A stretch of DNA of 63,224 bases, filler included, from an uncultured bacterium (lineage in GTDB: Bacteria > Hinthialibacterota > Hinthialibacteria > Hinthialibacterales > Hinthialibacteraceae), in NCBI GenBank assembly GCA_964449065.1. It is 14 parts of 14 records of this genome, joined end to end, with 100 filler letters (N's around TTAATTAATTAA, not from the genome) between each part and the next. Parts side by side here need not be neighbours in the genome. Positions count along the whole stretch, not along the records: positions 1 to 4,555 come from CAYVAZ010000375.1; positions 4,656 to 9,201 come from CAYVAZ010000376.1; positions 9,302 to 13,815 come from CAYVAZ010000377.1; 11 more parts are not named here. One strand, 5' to 3'. Below are positions 1 to 9,361 of this stretch, in pieces (within the stretch, counting starts at the first letter, position 1; the number at the start of each line of letters is the position of its first letter). The position numbers were made by a program, and so were the translations under genes. The notes under the pieces were generated by a model. It was not told the origin of the DNA. It saw nothing but the letters and a program-made list of their open reading frames with translations, and made no database searches.

Positions 1-3000
1 CAAAAGGATTCGGCTCTTTTAAACCAACCGGTTTGGTTCCGTATGGATTGTCGCTCACAGAGTTGTTTCCGATCCACCACATAAAGCGGTCATGTGTCTG
101 GCAAAACTCATCGCCAAAATCAGTGCAATCCAGCACATTGCCGTGAGAGAACCGGGTTTGCGTAAGGCCGCGGCAGGCATATTCCCACTCCGCTTCCGTC
201 GGCAGGCGGAAGAATCCTTGATTCACCTGTTGGTTTAATACATCAATAAACTCCTGCACTTCAATCCAGGATACAGATTCCACCGGATGATTAAAACTTA
301 CGCTGCTGTCATCAAACCATGAGGGATTGTTTCCCATCACAGCCTGCCATTGCGCTTGGGTGACTTCATAACTCCCCAGGTAATAGTTTTGGGTAAGAAA
401 GACATCCTCGATCAAGGTTTCATTTGACATACGCCCCCGCTCGGTTTCCGGACTCCCCAAATCAAAACGCCCCAAACGAATCAATTGGAGTTGCAGCGGC
501 TTGATATCGTTCACAACTCCTGGCAAGACCAATTCCAATCGTTCCCCGGCAGGATCCAAGGATTTAAACGTAAACGGCAAATCCAGCGGAGTCGGCGTTG
601 GCGTCGGTGTTCTCGTAGGAGTCTGTGTCAAGGTAGGCGTCGCCGTTTTGGTTGGTGTAAATGTCGGCAGCGGCAGCTCCGGTGTCGATGTCGGGGTAAT
701 CACATCGGACCTAACATTGTACGTCAATGTACCGCTCACCAAAAAATCGCTTTGGCTGGAAGGATTCCGCCGGCTCACGCGAAATTGATAGTCGTTTCCA
801 TCCTGCGGGCCGTTCGAAAATTGACTCGCCGTTTTAAACAACTCATCCGGAGACCACCAAAAATACTGCTGATTGTTGTCTTGTGTCTGCCCTAAAAACC
901 GGAACGGCCCACCATTCACACTCACTTCGATATGATGATCGAATATAACGGATTGATCGGCATTGAAGTTCCAAGCGATATGGATAAAACGTCGGTCAGG
1001 AGGGTCGCTATCCGACCCGATATTCCCGATTGGCGCTAAATCGTCTCCAACAATAATATCATCGAAAATGGCGATTCGCCGCCCCTTCAAATTCGGCTCT
1101 AAAAGTTGCGTCAGTTTTACATTGGATGAGCCGGTTTGGTTGAAGCCAACCGGAAAGGGTTGATCAAAAACATCATCCGCCGAGGGGTTGCTATCGATCC
1201 GAATGACCCGAAAATTATAAAACTGATTGAATTGCGGACCTGCTGCAAATTCCGCGCTGGTATTTGGAGAATCTGGAAACCAATCAAAAAACTGTACTGT
1301 ACCATTACCCGTACGTCCCAAAAACTTCCTTCCAGCAAGCCCCTCACGAACATAAATATGCCAATCAAGGGCATCTCCTACCGGCTGCGCCCATTGGATC
1401 GTCAACAGCCGTTCGCCCGGGGTATCAAAATCCGTCAATCCGGTTAAATCTCGCTGCGCTTCAAAATGATCAAATACTTTCACGGGATTTTCTTCCACCG
1501 GCAGCGGTTCGCCTCCGATAAAGTTAAAACCGACTGGCACGGTTTGAATAATTTCGTCTTCATCGTTTAAACGATTGTCAATGCGGATGACCTCAAACAA
1601 GTAAATGGAATTGAACAACGGGCCATCATTGAATTCCGGGGTTAACAAAGGCGCGTCTGGAAACCAGGAAAAATGATCGGCAAAACCGGTACCGGTTCGG
1701 CCTAAAAACTTCCGCTCTCCAAAGCCGCGCCGGACAAAAATATGCCAATCCGTGGCGTTTTGAGGAGAGGCAATCCACCGAATGGTCAGTTGCTTATCTT
1801 CCGGTGAATCAAAATCGGTTTGGCCGGAAAGATCGGCGGTCGTGGTATTATCATCCGTCACGGCAATCGAACGGGAAGGCAGCGCGACTGGACCGCCTCC
1901 TGTGTTGTTATACCCTACCGGAGCACGGGTTTGAAAAAAATCATCGGGTGTCACATTTCCGTCTATCCGTATGATCGTGAACGTGTACGAATTCCCAAAT
2001 TGGGGGCCGTCAGTGAATGCGCTATTTATAAGCGGAGAATTCGGCGTCCAATTTAATAATTTGATATCCCCCCCGCCGGTGCTTCCCAAAAACTGGCGGG
2101 ATCCGAATCCGGTTTGTACATATACATGCCAATCGGTTCCATCCAGAGTGGATACATTCCAACGAACGGCGAGCTGGCGGTTATCGCTATCGTCAAAATC
2201 CGTCTGCCCGGTAAGATCATCAAACGATAAGGGATCATCCGTCACAAACACTTCCGGCGGCGTGGGTGTAATGGACGGTACCGGCGTTAAGGATGACACC
2301 ACGGACACAAAAACATCCTTCGAAGCAACCCGCTCCCCATCGTTCGCAAACACCGTAAAAGACGAGTCCCCCAAAATGGATGTATCCAAAGAAAACTCCA
2401 CCAATTTACTGGTCGGCAATTGTTCAGACGATTTTAAAGTCGCGCGGGCATTCAGCGACAAAAACACGTCGAGTTCATCTCCATCCGCGTCGCTGGCGAT
2501 AACCAAAATATCCAATTCCTGCCCTTGCAGAACTGTAAAACGGTCAGAAGGCTCCACCACAATCACCGGCGGTTGATTGTCCGCCCGCGGTGTAGCCGTT
2601 GCCGGCGTTTGAAACGGGTCGAACGTCGGTGTAGGGGTTGGGGTTAGAGACGGTGTCGGCGTCAAGGTGGGGGTAGGTGATAGGGTCGGGGTATCCGTCG
2701 GCACCGGTGGCGGGGCATCAATCGTCACTTGACCGTCAATAAATTCTGCCGGAAGGTTACCATCGTTAAGGGTTGAGTTCTCGTTAAAATTCAAATCAAC
2801 CGTTTGTCCGAATGCATTATCTTTTACGCGCAAATTGATGTTGTAAAGAACGCCGCTGCCGGGCAATAAAGAAAAGTTTCCAGCGCCGGCAATGTTGAGT
2901 ATGCCGGATGAGGTTGTATTGTCGGCAATTTGAACAAACCAATCGGATGTTAATGTCCCATTGTTCAGTACATTGATTACCTCCAGTGGAAAATCGTCGG

Positions 3001-3214
3001 AAAAATTTGGCAATTCAATCCGGATTGTGGCGCCCGTTACACCGGAAGATTCATTAATAATGACGGGAGCTGTAATAACGTCTCCTGGTTCAGCGGTTAC
3101 ATTCGGAAGACTGACTTGAACCGTTTGCGCGGAGGCTTCGAAAGCGATGGTGTAACATAACATTGCAGCGACAATTAAAGGCACTACAAACAGGTTCTTG
3201 ACGACAGTTTTCAT
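1..3214 (-). CDS. Large secreted modular protein, 3'-truncated at the window edge (>1070 aa): signal peptide, cohesin-like domain, Pro/Thr linkers, four ~115-aa repeats, C-terminal FGE-sulfatase (SUMF1/EgtB/PvdO) domain
   Basis: Missing from the ORF track because it has no stop codon in the window. Hand translation from ATG 3214 (RBS GGGAG) gives MKTVVKNLFVVPLIVAAMLC...AQTVQVSLPNVTAEPGDVITAPV. The same frame ends with YEVTQAQWQAVMGNNPS...RLPTEAEWEYACR...PVGLKEPNPF. Confidence 0.88.
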   Translation of the reverse strand, partial: MKTVVKNLFVVPLIVAAMLCYTIAFEASAQTVQVSLPNVTAEPGDVITAPVIINESSGVTGATIRIELPNFSDDFPLEVINVLNNGTLTSDWFVQIADNTTSSGILNIAGAGNFSLLPGSGVLYNINLRVKDNAFGQTVDLNFNENSTLNDGNLPAEFIDGQVTIDAPPPVPTDTPTLSPTPTLTPTPSLTPTPTPTFDPFQTPATATPRADNQPPVIVVEPSDRFTVLQGQELDILVIASDADGDELDVFLSLNARATLKSSEQLPTSKLVEFSLDTSILGDSSFTVFANDGERVASKDVFVSVVSSLTPVPSITPTPPEVFVTDDPLSFDDLTGQTDFDDSDNRQLAVRWNVSTLDGTDWHVYVQTGFGSRQFLGSTGGGDIKLLNWTPNSPLINSAFTDGPQFGNSYTFTIIRIDGNVTPDDFFQTRAPVGYNNTGGGPVALPSRSIAVTDDNTTTADLSGQTDFDSPEDKQLTIRWIASPQNATDWHIFVRRGFGERKFLGRTGTGFADHFSWFPDAPLLTPEFNDGPLFNSIYLFEVIRIDNRLNDEDEIIQTVPVGFNFIGGEPLPVEENPVKVFDHFEAQRDLTGLTDFDTPGERLLTIQWAQPVGDALDWHIYVREGLAGRKFLGRTGNGTVQFFDWFPDSPNTSAEFAAGPQFNQFYNFRVIRIDSNPSADDVFDQPFPVGFNQTGSSNVKLTQLLEPNLKGRRIAIFDDIIVGDDLAPIGNIGSDSDPPDRRFIHIAWNFNADQSVIFDHHIEVSVNGGPFRFLGQTQDNNQQYFWWSPDELFKTASQFSNGPQDGNDYQFRVSRRNPSSQSDFLVSGTLTYNVRSDVITPTSTPELPLPTFTPTKTATPTLTQTPTRTPTPTPTPLDLPFTFKSLDPAGERLELVLPGVVNDIKPLQLQLIRLGRFDLGSPETERGRMSNETLIEDVFLTQNYYLGSYEVTQAQWQAVMGNNPSWFDDSSVSFNHPVESVSWIEVQEFIDVLNQQVNQGFFRLPTEAEWEYACRGLTQTRFSHGNVLDCTDFGDEFCQTHDRFMWWIGNNSVSDNPYGTKPVGLKEPNPF

Positions 3215-3426
3215 TGTTGTAACGCTCCCATAATCCCCTACACCTGCACCGGTAGAGACCGGCACAGCTCTTCATAATAATACGGCAATGCTGTATGCAT
3301 CTTAAGCGGTTTTTTTGGGGATGAACACTCGTAACCTCTTGTGGGAAACTATAGCAACGAATCGCGCTCTTATCAGTAAAAAATTGTATCGAATAGGGGA
3401 TAAAGTCTTTTCAACATTCTCACACA

Positions 3427-4168
3427 TGCCAAGCGACAATTATTGTTCCTGTATTGTTCCTGCCTAAAACCTTGGTGTAAGCAAGCGATGAGGGCTAATT
3501 CCAGTTAGGCTCGCCCTCTTTCCATTAGCCCTCATCCCTTCGAGTCGATTTGAGGGTGTGTCGTCAAGAATTTGTGGTGATTTCCTCCTTTTGTTTGTTA
3601 TTTTTGGCGATATTCATGCGATAACTGGGCAGATTGAGATCAAGAATCACATTATGGTGGATGAGCCGATCCACCGCCGCCGCCGTGGTCATGGGATCTT
3701 AGAAGATGCGTTCCCATTGCGAAAACGCCACGTTGCTGGTAATTGTGACACTCCCGGTTTCATAACGTTCCGCCGGTAAGTTGAACAACACCTCCATTTC
3801 TTCCCGGCTTTGTTGTACATAACCGGTGTCATCTAATACCAAGGCTTCGAATTTGGCCAATGCCTTGTCAATCGGGACAACCGCAGTTCTTGTTTGGCGA
3901 TCAACTAATCCTGCACCTACAGGTTGCGCGAACGGAAATACACACATTGTCCTTGGTGAGTGAGTTCCTAAGCAACGGCACAGAGCAAATGGGTTTTCCC
4001 ACTCCCCGGATTGCCAAACGCTAACACATTTTCATCTTGATCCAGAAACGTTCCGTTCAAGAGTTCATTCACTTGCTGGTTGAGTTTGCGGGACAAGCGG
4101 CTGCGGTCAAACTGATCCAGTGTCTTTTCCAACGGCAATTTCAATTCGCGTAAAAAACGGTCCATCCG
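3427..4168 (-). mobile_element. istB: Degraded IS21-family element: istB (helper ATPase) pseudogene with a probable terminal repeat near 3427
   Basis: Fragments EKTLDQFD...GNPGSGKTHL, LDDTGYVQQSREEMEVLF, ITSNVAFSQWERIF*DPMTTAAAVDRLIHH, broken by stops (3968, 3699) and a frameshift. TGCCAAGCGACAAT at 3427 resembles an IS21 end. Confidence 0.85.
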
Positions 4169-4510
4169 TATGACAGCATCGATCGATGGTGGTTGGTACA
4201 GTTATTATGTACAGCGTTATGTTGGTCATGCCCCAACTACAATAGGGGAAAAGCATTATTTTGGTGATCAAGGCAAACGGCTTATTCCGTTATTCCGGGA
4301 AAAAGTCGTAGCGAACATCGAAGAAGAAATCTCCTGTTGGAAACCTCCCCATGATTGCATCATCATTCCAGGCCCAAGATTAGTGGTAAACCGGTAGTGT
4401 GAGATGTACCGTGCTATCATTATTGCACAAATTGCACGCCGTGCATTTTTGTTGAAAAATCAACAGTTCTAAAGAATTTGTAATTGTAGATTTCGTAGAG
4501 GGTTAAGGAA

Positions 4511-4555
4511 GCGCGCCGAGGAGGAGTCGAACCCCCAACCTTCTGATCCGTAGTC
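4511..4555 (-). tRNA. tRNA-Arg(ACG), 3' part only (cut by the contig end)
   Basis: Reverse complement GACTACGGATCAGAAGGTTGGGGGTTCGACTCCTCCTCGGCGCGC shows the anticodon loop CTACGGA, T-loop GTTCGAC and the acceptor strand. CCA is not encoded. Confidence 0.85.
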
Positions 4556-4655
4556 NNNNNNNNNNNNNNNNNNNNNNNNNNNNNNNNNNNNNNNNNNNNT
4601 TAATTAATTAANNNNNNNNNNNNNNNNNNNNNNNNNNNNNNNNNNNNNNNNNNNN
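4556..4655. other. Artificial contig linker (N44-TTAATTAATTAA-N44). Twelve more at 9202, 13816, 18381, 22944, 27504, 32064, 36598, 41070, 45522, 49960, 54382 and 58804
   Basis: Identical 100-nt spacers with stops in all six frames. Contig lengths never increase from 4555 down to 4321. Confidence 0.99.
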
Positions 4656-4827
4656 CCGCCGTTGTCGCCCCCCTTATTAAGGGGGCTAGGGGGGATTCAG
4701 AATCAACGCACTCCACCCACTCTCGAAATAAGCCCTGGGATGGCGAAACTCCCGCCAAGCCAAAAGCACCCGCCGTTGTTGCCCCCCTTATTAAGGGGGG
4801 TAAGGGGGGATTCAAGAATCAACGCAG
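4656..4827. repeat. Two tandem copies of a CCCCCCTT-N4-AAGGGGGG hairpin repeat (family A)
   Basis: CCGCCGTTGT(C/T)GCCCCCCTTATTAAGGGGGG...GGGGGATTC...GAATCAACGCA occurs twice. Related copies at about 27764-27809, 36701-36846, 45363-45430, 49932-49959 and 58904-58958. Confidence 0.85.
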
Positions 4828-4856
4828 CCCGCCATAATCACCTTAGCGGTTTTCTT

Positions 4857-6257
4857 TTAACTTTCCCGTAACGCGTTGGTCATCCCTTCAATCGTGGCTT
4901 TGGCGTCTCCAAAAACCAGAGAGGCGTTATCATAATAGAAGAGTTCGTTATCCACACCCGCATATCCCGCGCGCATGGAACGCTTGCAGATGTAGATTTG
5001 CTTGGCTTTATACGCGTCCAAAATCGGCATGCCATACAGCGGGCTGGATTTATCATTCTTGGCCGCCGGGTTCACCACATCATTGGCGCCGATCACGATG
5101 CAAACGTCAGTCGTGTTAAACTCCCCATTCACGTCTTCCAATTCTTGCACTACATCATAGGGGATTTCCGCTTCCGCAAGCAGCACATTCATGTGGCCGG
5201 GCATCCGACCGGCCACTGGATGGATAGCAAATAAGACTTCAATCTCTTTTTCGGTTAGGATCTCATACAGTTCTTTTACGGCATGCTGCGCCTGCGCGAC
5301 TGCCATTCCATAGCCCGGAACGATAATCACTTTCGAGGCGTTTTCCATAAAAAAGGCGGAATCCTCCGCGGAAGCGGAACTCACTTGCTTATCATGATCT
5401 TGCACGGCGGATGCTTCACTATCCTCTCCACCAAACCCGCCTAAGATCACACTGATGAACGAGCGGTTCATCGCTTTGCACATAATATAAGAGAGAATCG
5501 CCCCACTGCTGCCGACCAGGGCGCCGGTGGTGATTAACAAGTTGTTATGCAGCGTGAATCCCGTCGCGGCCGCCGCCCAGCCGGAATACGAATTTAGCAT
5601 CGAGACAACTACCGGCATATCCGCCCCGCCGATGGGAACGATAAGCAATACCCCCAACGCAAACGCGATGGCTGTCATGATGAGGAAGGAAACCATGCTT
5701 TCGGTCATGGCAAAATGGGCACCGAAGGCGACCATGATGAAAGCTAAAGCCAGGTTTAACCAATGCTGTCCGGTAAATACCAGTGGGTTTGAACTCAGCA
5801 TCCCTTGCAGTTTACCAAACGCGATTACCGACCCTGTAAACGTGATGGCGCCGATGAAACTGCCAGCCGCCAGTTCAATCATCATTGTCATATTTAGAGC
5901 ATTGGCTTCTTGATGAGATAGGAACGTTCCAATCGCGACAAACACCGCTGACAGTCCCACAAAACTATGCAAAGCCGCGACCAACTGCGGCATATCGGTC
6001 ATCTGAATTCTCAGCGCGATAGGAACACCGATCACGGCACCCAATGCAAGCCCCGCAACAATCCAGCCATAACTATGGACATCAGGATGCAGCAGGGTTG
6101 CGATCACAGCGATCGCCATGCCGATCATCGCGCAACGGTTGCCGGTTAATGCCGTCTTGGGAGAAGCAAGACCCTTCAAACCGAATATAAACAGAATTGA
6201 CGCGATGAGGTAAATCAGCGCGAAACCATCGTTGCCTATAGCGTATCCAATATCCAT
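4857..6257 (-). CDS. pntB: NAD(P) transhydrogenase subunit beta
   Basis: MPQLVAALHSFVG, PIGGADMPVVVSMLNSYSGWA, PGYGMAVAQAQ, HPVAGRMPGHMNVLLAEA, GANDVVNPAA. Confidence 0.97.
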   Translation of the reverse strand: MDIGYAIGNDGFALIYLIASILFIFGLKGLASPKTALTGNRCAMIGMAIAVIATLLHPDVHSYGWIVAGLALGAVIGVPIALRIQMTDMPQLVAALHSFVGLSAVFVAIGTFLSHQEANALNMTMMIELAAGSFIGAITFTGSVIAFGKLQGMLSSNPLVFTGQHWLNLALAFIMVAFGAHFAMTESMVSFLIMTAIAFALGVLLIVPIGGADMPVVVSMLNSYSGWAAAATGFTLHNNLLITTGALVGSSGAILSYIMCKAMNRSFISVILGGFGGEDSEASAVQDHDKQVSSASAEDSAFFMENASKVIIVPGYGMAVAQAQHAVKELYEILTEKEIEVLFAIHPVAGRMPGHMNVLLAEAEIPYDVVQELEDVNGEFNTTDVCIVIGANDVVNPAAKNDKSSPLYGMPILDAYKAKQIYICKRSMRAGYAGVDNELFYYDNASLVFGDAKATIEGMTNALRES

Positions 6258-6284
6258 CGAAAGACTCTTTATGATTAGGGATTG

Positions 6285-6572
6285 TTATTTCTTCTTTTTG
6301 AACATGGACAACATGCGGTTGGTGACGACAAAACCGCCAAAAATATTGATCGAGGCCAATAACACGGCGAAAAAGCCGATGATTTGAATTAGGCCGAAAT
6401 TTCCAGTGCTCCAACCGGCCACCAAAATAGCGCCGACAACCACAATCGCGCTAATCGCATTGGTGACCGCCATCAAAGGCGTATGCAGAGCAGGGGTGAC
6501 GCCCCAGATTACGTGATACCCCACAAAACAAGCCAACACAAAAATATAGAGGCTGATCATCGTTTCAGACAT
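6285..6572 (-). CDS. pntAB: NAD(P) transhydrogenase alpha subunit part 2 (membrane)
   Basis: [35 protein letters not shown]. Confidence 0.95.
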   Translation of the reverse strand: MSETMISLYIFVLACFVGYHVIWGVTPALHTPLMAVTNAISAIVVVGAILVAGWSTGNFGLIQIIGFFAVLLASINIFGGFVVTNRMLSMFKKKK

Positions 6573-6576
6573 AGCA

Positions 6577-7692
6577 TTACCTCTTCATCCGTACTTTACC
6601 TTCAAAGACGGCCAGTGCGGCATCGACGATATCGTCTTCGAAGTTGTAATTAAGTTTTAACCCTTCTTCTTGATCGCCTTCAACAACCAAGTTAAGAAGA
6701 TTCATGAGATTCTTGGAGTAAAAATTGCTGGCATCGGATGGAACCAGTGCGGGAAAGTTGGTGATCCCTACAATCTTGACATCATGTTTGACCACGGTTT
6801 GATCCGGTTCGCTGAGCGGGCAGTTGCCCCCATTGGCTGCCGCCATATCAATTATAACCGAACCGGTACGCATCCCTTTGACAGCGTCTTCCGTAACCAA
6901 AACCGGGGCTTTTCTGCCGGGGATATTTGCGGTCGTGATGATAATATCAAACTTCTTCAGCGCTTCGTTGAGTTGTTCCTGCTGCTTGCGTTTGCCTTCT
7001 TCCGAAAGTTCTTTGGCATACCCGCCTTCGCCGCTGCCTTCTTCTTCGATTTCCAACTCAATGCATTTCGCGCCGAGTGACAAAATTTGCTCTTTCACTT
7101 CCGGGCGAATGTCATAGGCTTCAACCTGGCATCCCAAGCGGCGGGCGGTCGCGATGGCTTGCAGTCCGGCGACTCCTAACACGGCACATTTGGCGGGTTT
7201 CGCCGAGCCAGCGGAAGTCATCATCATGGGGAAAAAGCGGCCGAATTGCGCAGCGGCTTCAAGCACGGCGCGGTAGCCCCCGATGTTGGCTTGTGACGAG
7301 AGCACATCCATCGATTGCGCGCGCGAGGTTCGGGGCACAAGTTCAAGGCTAAAGGCATCCACATTGGCGTTGGCCAATGCATTGATGATGTTGTTGTCTT
7401 CTTTATAGGGTTCCAGCATACACAAGAGCAGGGTACGCTCTTTCATGCTGGTGATTTCTTCCGCAACCGGGGGATTGATTTTGAATAGGACAGCAGAGGA
7501 ATAGACTTGTTCTTGCGGGACGATTTCTGCCCCTTCAGCGCGAAAATCATCATCCGAATATCCGGCCAATATCCCCGCCGATTCTTGGATGAGAACCTCA
7601 AAGCCCTTACGCTTTAACTTCTTCACCGAATCCGGGCTTATGGCCACGCGGGTTTCACCGGAACGGGTTTCTTTTAACACGCCTATCTTCAT
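6577..7692 (-). CDS. pntAA: NAD(P) transhydrogenase alpha subunit part 1 (dI domain)
   Basis: [64 protein letters not shown]. Confidence 0.95.
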   Translation of the reverse strand: MKIGVLKETRSGETRVAISPDSVKKLKRKGFEVLIQESAGILAGYSDDDFRAEGAEIVPQEQVYSSAVLFKINPPVAEEITSMKERTLLLCMLEPYKEDNNIINALANANVDAFSLELVPRTSRAQSMDVLSSQANIGGYRAVLEAAAQFGRFFPMMMTSAGSAKPAKCAVLGVAGLQAIATARRLGCQVEAYDIRPEVKEQILSLGAKCIELEIEEEGSGEGGYAKELSEEGKRKQQEQLNEALKKFDIIITTANIPGRKAPVLVTEDAVKGMRTGSVIIDMAAANGGNCPLSEPDQTVVKHDVKIVGITNFPALVPSDASNFYSKNLMNLLNLVVEGDQEEGLKLNYNFEDDIVDAALAVFEGKVRMKR

Positions 7693-7970
7693 TCTTGTTC
7701 GTCTCAATTAAAGATGTAAGTAAAATGAATGTAATCGATACTAACTACACAAGAAGAATAGTAAACCCGAAATTGGAATAATAAACCGTTTCTGCGAAAG
7801 AAAGTTTCTTCTTGAACAAACATGCTGAATTTTTTACACTAAATGATGACGTTTTCAAGTTAGTTTTAAGTGATGCAAATTCCCTCCCCATGAATAACGA
7901 ACTGGCAAAAAGTCAAAAATTATGGTGCAGGCTTCCAGCCTGCAAAAGCCTTTGTCTCCTACAAAGATAT

Positions 7971-8030
7971 TGTCTCCCCCAAGCCTTTGGGGGAGATGTC
8001 CAACGCCAGGAGGGCAGAGGGGGCGCAAAG
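7971..8030. repeat. Palindromic REP-like repeat TCTCCCCCAA-N-TTGGGGGAGATGTCC...CAGAGGGGG
   Basis: Near-identical copy at 27641-27701. Confidence 0.75.
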
Positions 8031-8597
8031 AGAACCATAAACCAGAATGATTCAACCGATTGTTTAGAAGTCGTTTCCTGGGCAATCAAACGAAGCAATC
8101 GGTTAAGCCGTTTACCCCAACGGGGTTATAGATGATAGCCAGAGGCAGAGTGACCGAAGGGAACGCTGCCCCTGGAAATGTGAGAGAAAACCTGACCCAG
8201 AAAGGGTCAAAGAAATGAGTAGGTTCTTTAAGTCAATGACATTGGGGTATGAGGGATCAAAGACGATCTCTTTCTATCTACACAAACCTGAATTGTGCTA
8301 ATGCAATTCAAGTTTGTGTTAAAAAAGAGAGCGGAACGTGTCAAGATCTATGAAACAACTCTTTGTCGTATTGAACGAGCAATTCGGAAGTCGTGACCGA
8401 CTGCTCCGGGGAATTGGCGCCGTCGGGTTGCGCTTCGATCTCCACTGCTTCACGAACCCAATCGAAATAGATTGAGCTGCATAACCAGCGAGAGAAGTGA
8501 CATGCAATCTGTTCAATATAGGCTATTGCTTCAAAAGAAAAAACGCTTAAAATAGCCTAAACACTTCAGAACCAATCCACTATGGAGGGTACAAGTT

Positions 8598-8936
8598 ATG
8601 ACTGCTGTTAATTTTCAGGAATATCAAACATTACAAAATGTAAATGATTGTGTAGAAGAAAGTTTACATCAACCCATTCTAATTTTTAAACACAGTTCTG
8701 TCTGTCCAACTTCTTTTTATGCCAAAAACCAAATGGACGAATACCTCCAAACCGGCGGGGCTAAGGTGTATATGGTTGTGGTGCAAGATCAGCGCCCTCT
8801 TTCTCAAGCAATCGCCTCAACTCTGAACGTCAATCATGAGAGCCCTCAATTAATTTTCTTGCGTAACGGAGAAGCAAAAAAAGTACTCAACCACCACGAA
8901 ATCACCATGGCGGCAGTACAGGATGCTGTAAGTTAA
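8598..8936 (+). CDS. ytxJ: YtxJ/BrxC-family monothiol thioredoxin-like protein (DUF2847)
   Basis: IFKHSSVCPTS, VVQDQRPLSQAIA..LNVNHESPQLI. RBS GGAGG. Confidence 0.88.
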   Translation: MTAVNFQEYQTLQNVNDCVEESLHQPILIFKHSSVCPTSFYAKNQMDEYLQTGGAKVYMVVVQDQRPLSQAIASTLNVNHESPQLIFLRNGEAKKVLNHHEITMAAVQDAVS

Positions 8937-8958
8937 TTCAAATTATGAAGGGATTATT

Positions 8959-9159
8959 CTTAATAACTCACGTTACGCACTACATTACGATATGCCCGTT
9001 TTTCTAATCGTTCGCTGAATCTATCGCCCTCGCCCACCGGGAGAGGGACGGGGTGAGGGTTCGGGAGGAATAAACCTTTAATAGGCTATTGCGTCATGGG
9101 GAGCAATCGCTCTCTTCGCCCTCATCTCTTATCTTCTCCCAAAGGAAGAAGACGATAGA
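8959..9159. mobile_element. About 200-bp non-coding MITE/REP composite (family C)
   Basis: Inverted copy at 49659-49860 and a truncated copy at 63163-63224. Terminus CTTAATWACTCACGTTACGCACTA. Internal CCCTCGCCC..GGGAGAGGG..GGGGTGAGGG palindrome. Confidence 0.85.
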
Positions 9160-9361
9160 CACTGCGTTTGACTAAGAATTGTTGGCTCACAACAAAAACC
9201 ANNNNNNNNNNNNNNNNNNNNNNNNNNNNNNNNNNNNNNNNNNNNTTAATTAATTAANNNNNNNNNNNNNNNNNNNNNNNNNNNNNNNNNNNNNNNNNNN
9301 NAGGACAAATTGCACCTGCTACAAAATTACCCTACTTTTGCAACAGGTCTAATATCAATCT

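Noticed and set aside
485..2576. Several plus-strand ORFs on contig 1
   Set aside because: Shadows of the long minus-strand gene 3214 to 1.
3558..3779. 73-aa plus-strand ORF
   Set aside because: Antisense of the istB relic.
4600..8516. Short ORFs over repeat clusters (PPLLRG peptides at 4600-4871; ORFs in 7812-8516)
   Set aside because: Translations of palindromic repeats and intergenic DNA, with no RBS or family motifs.
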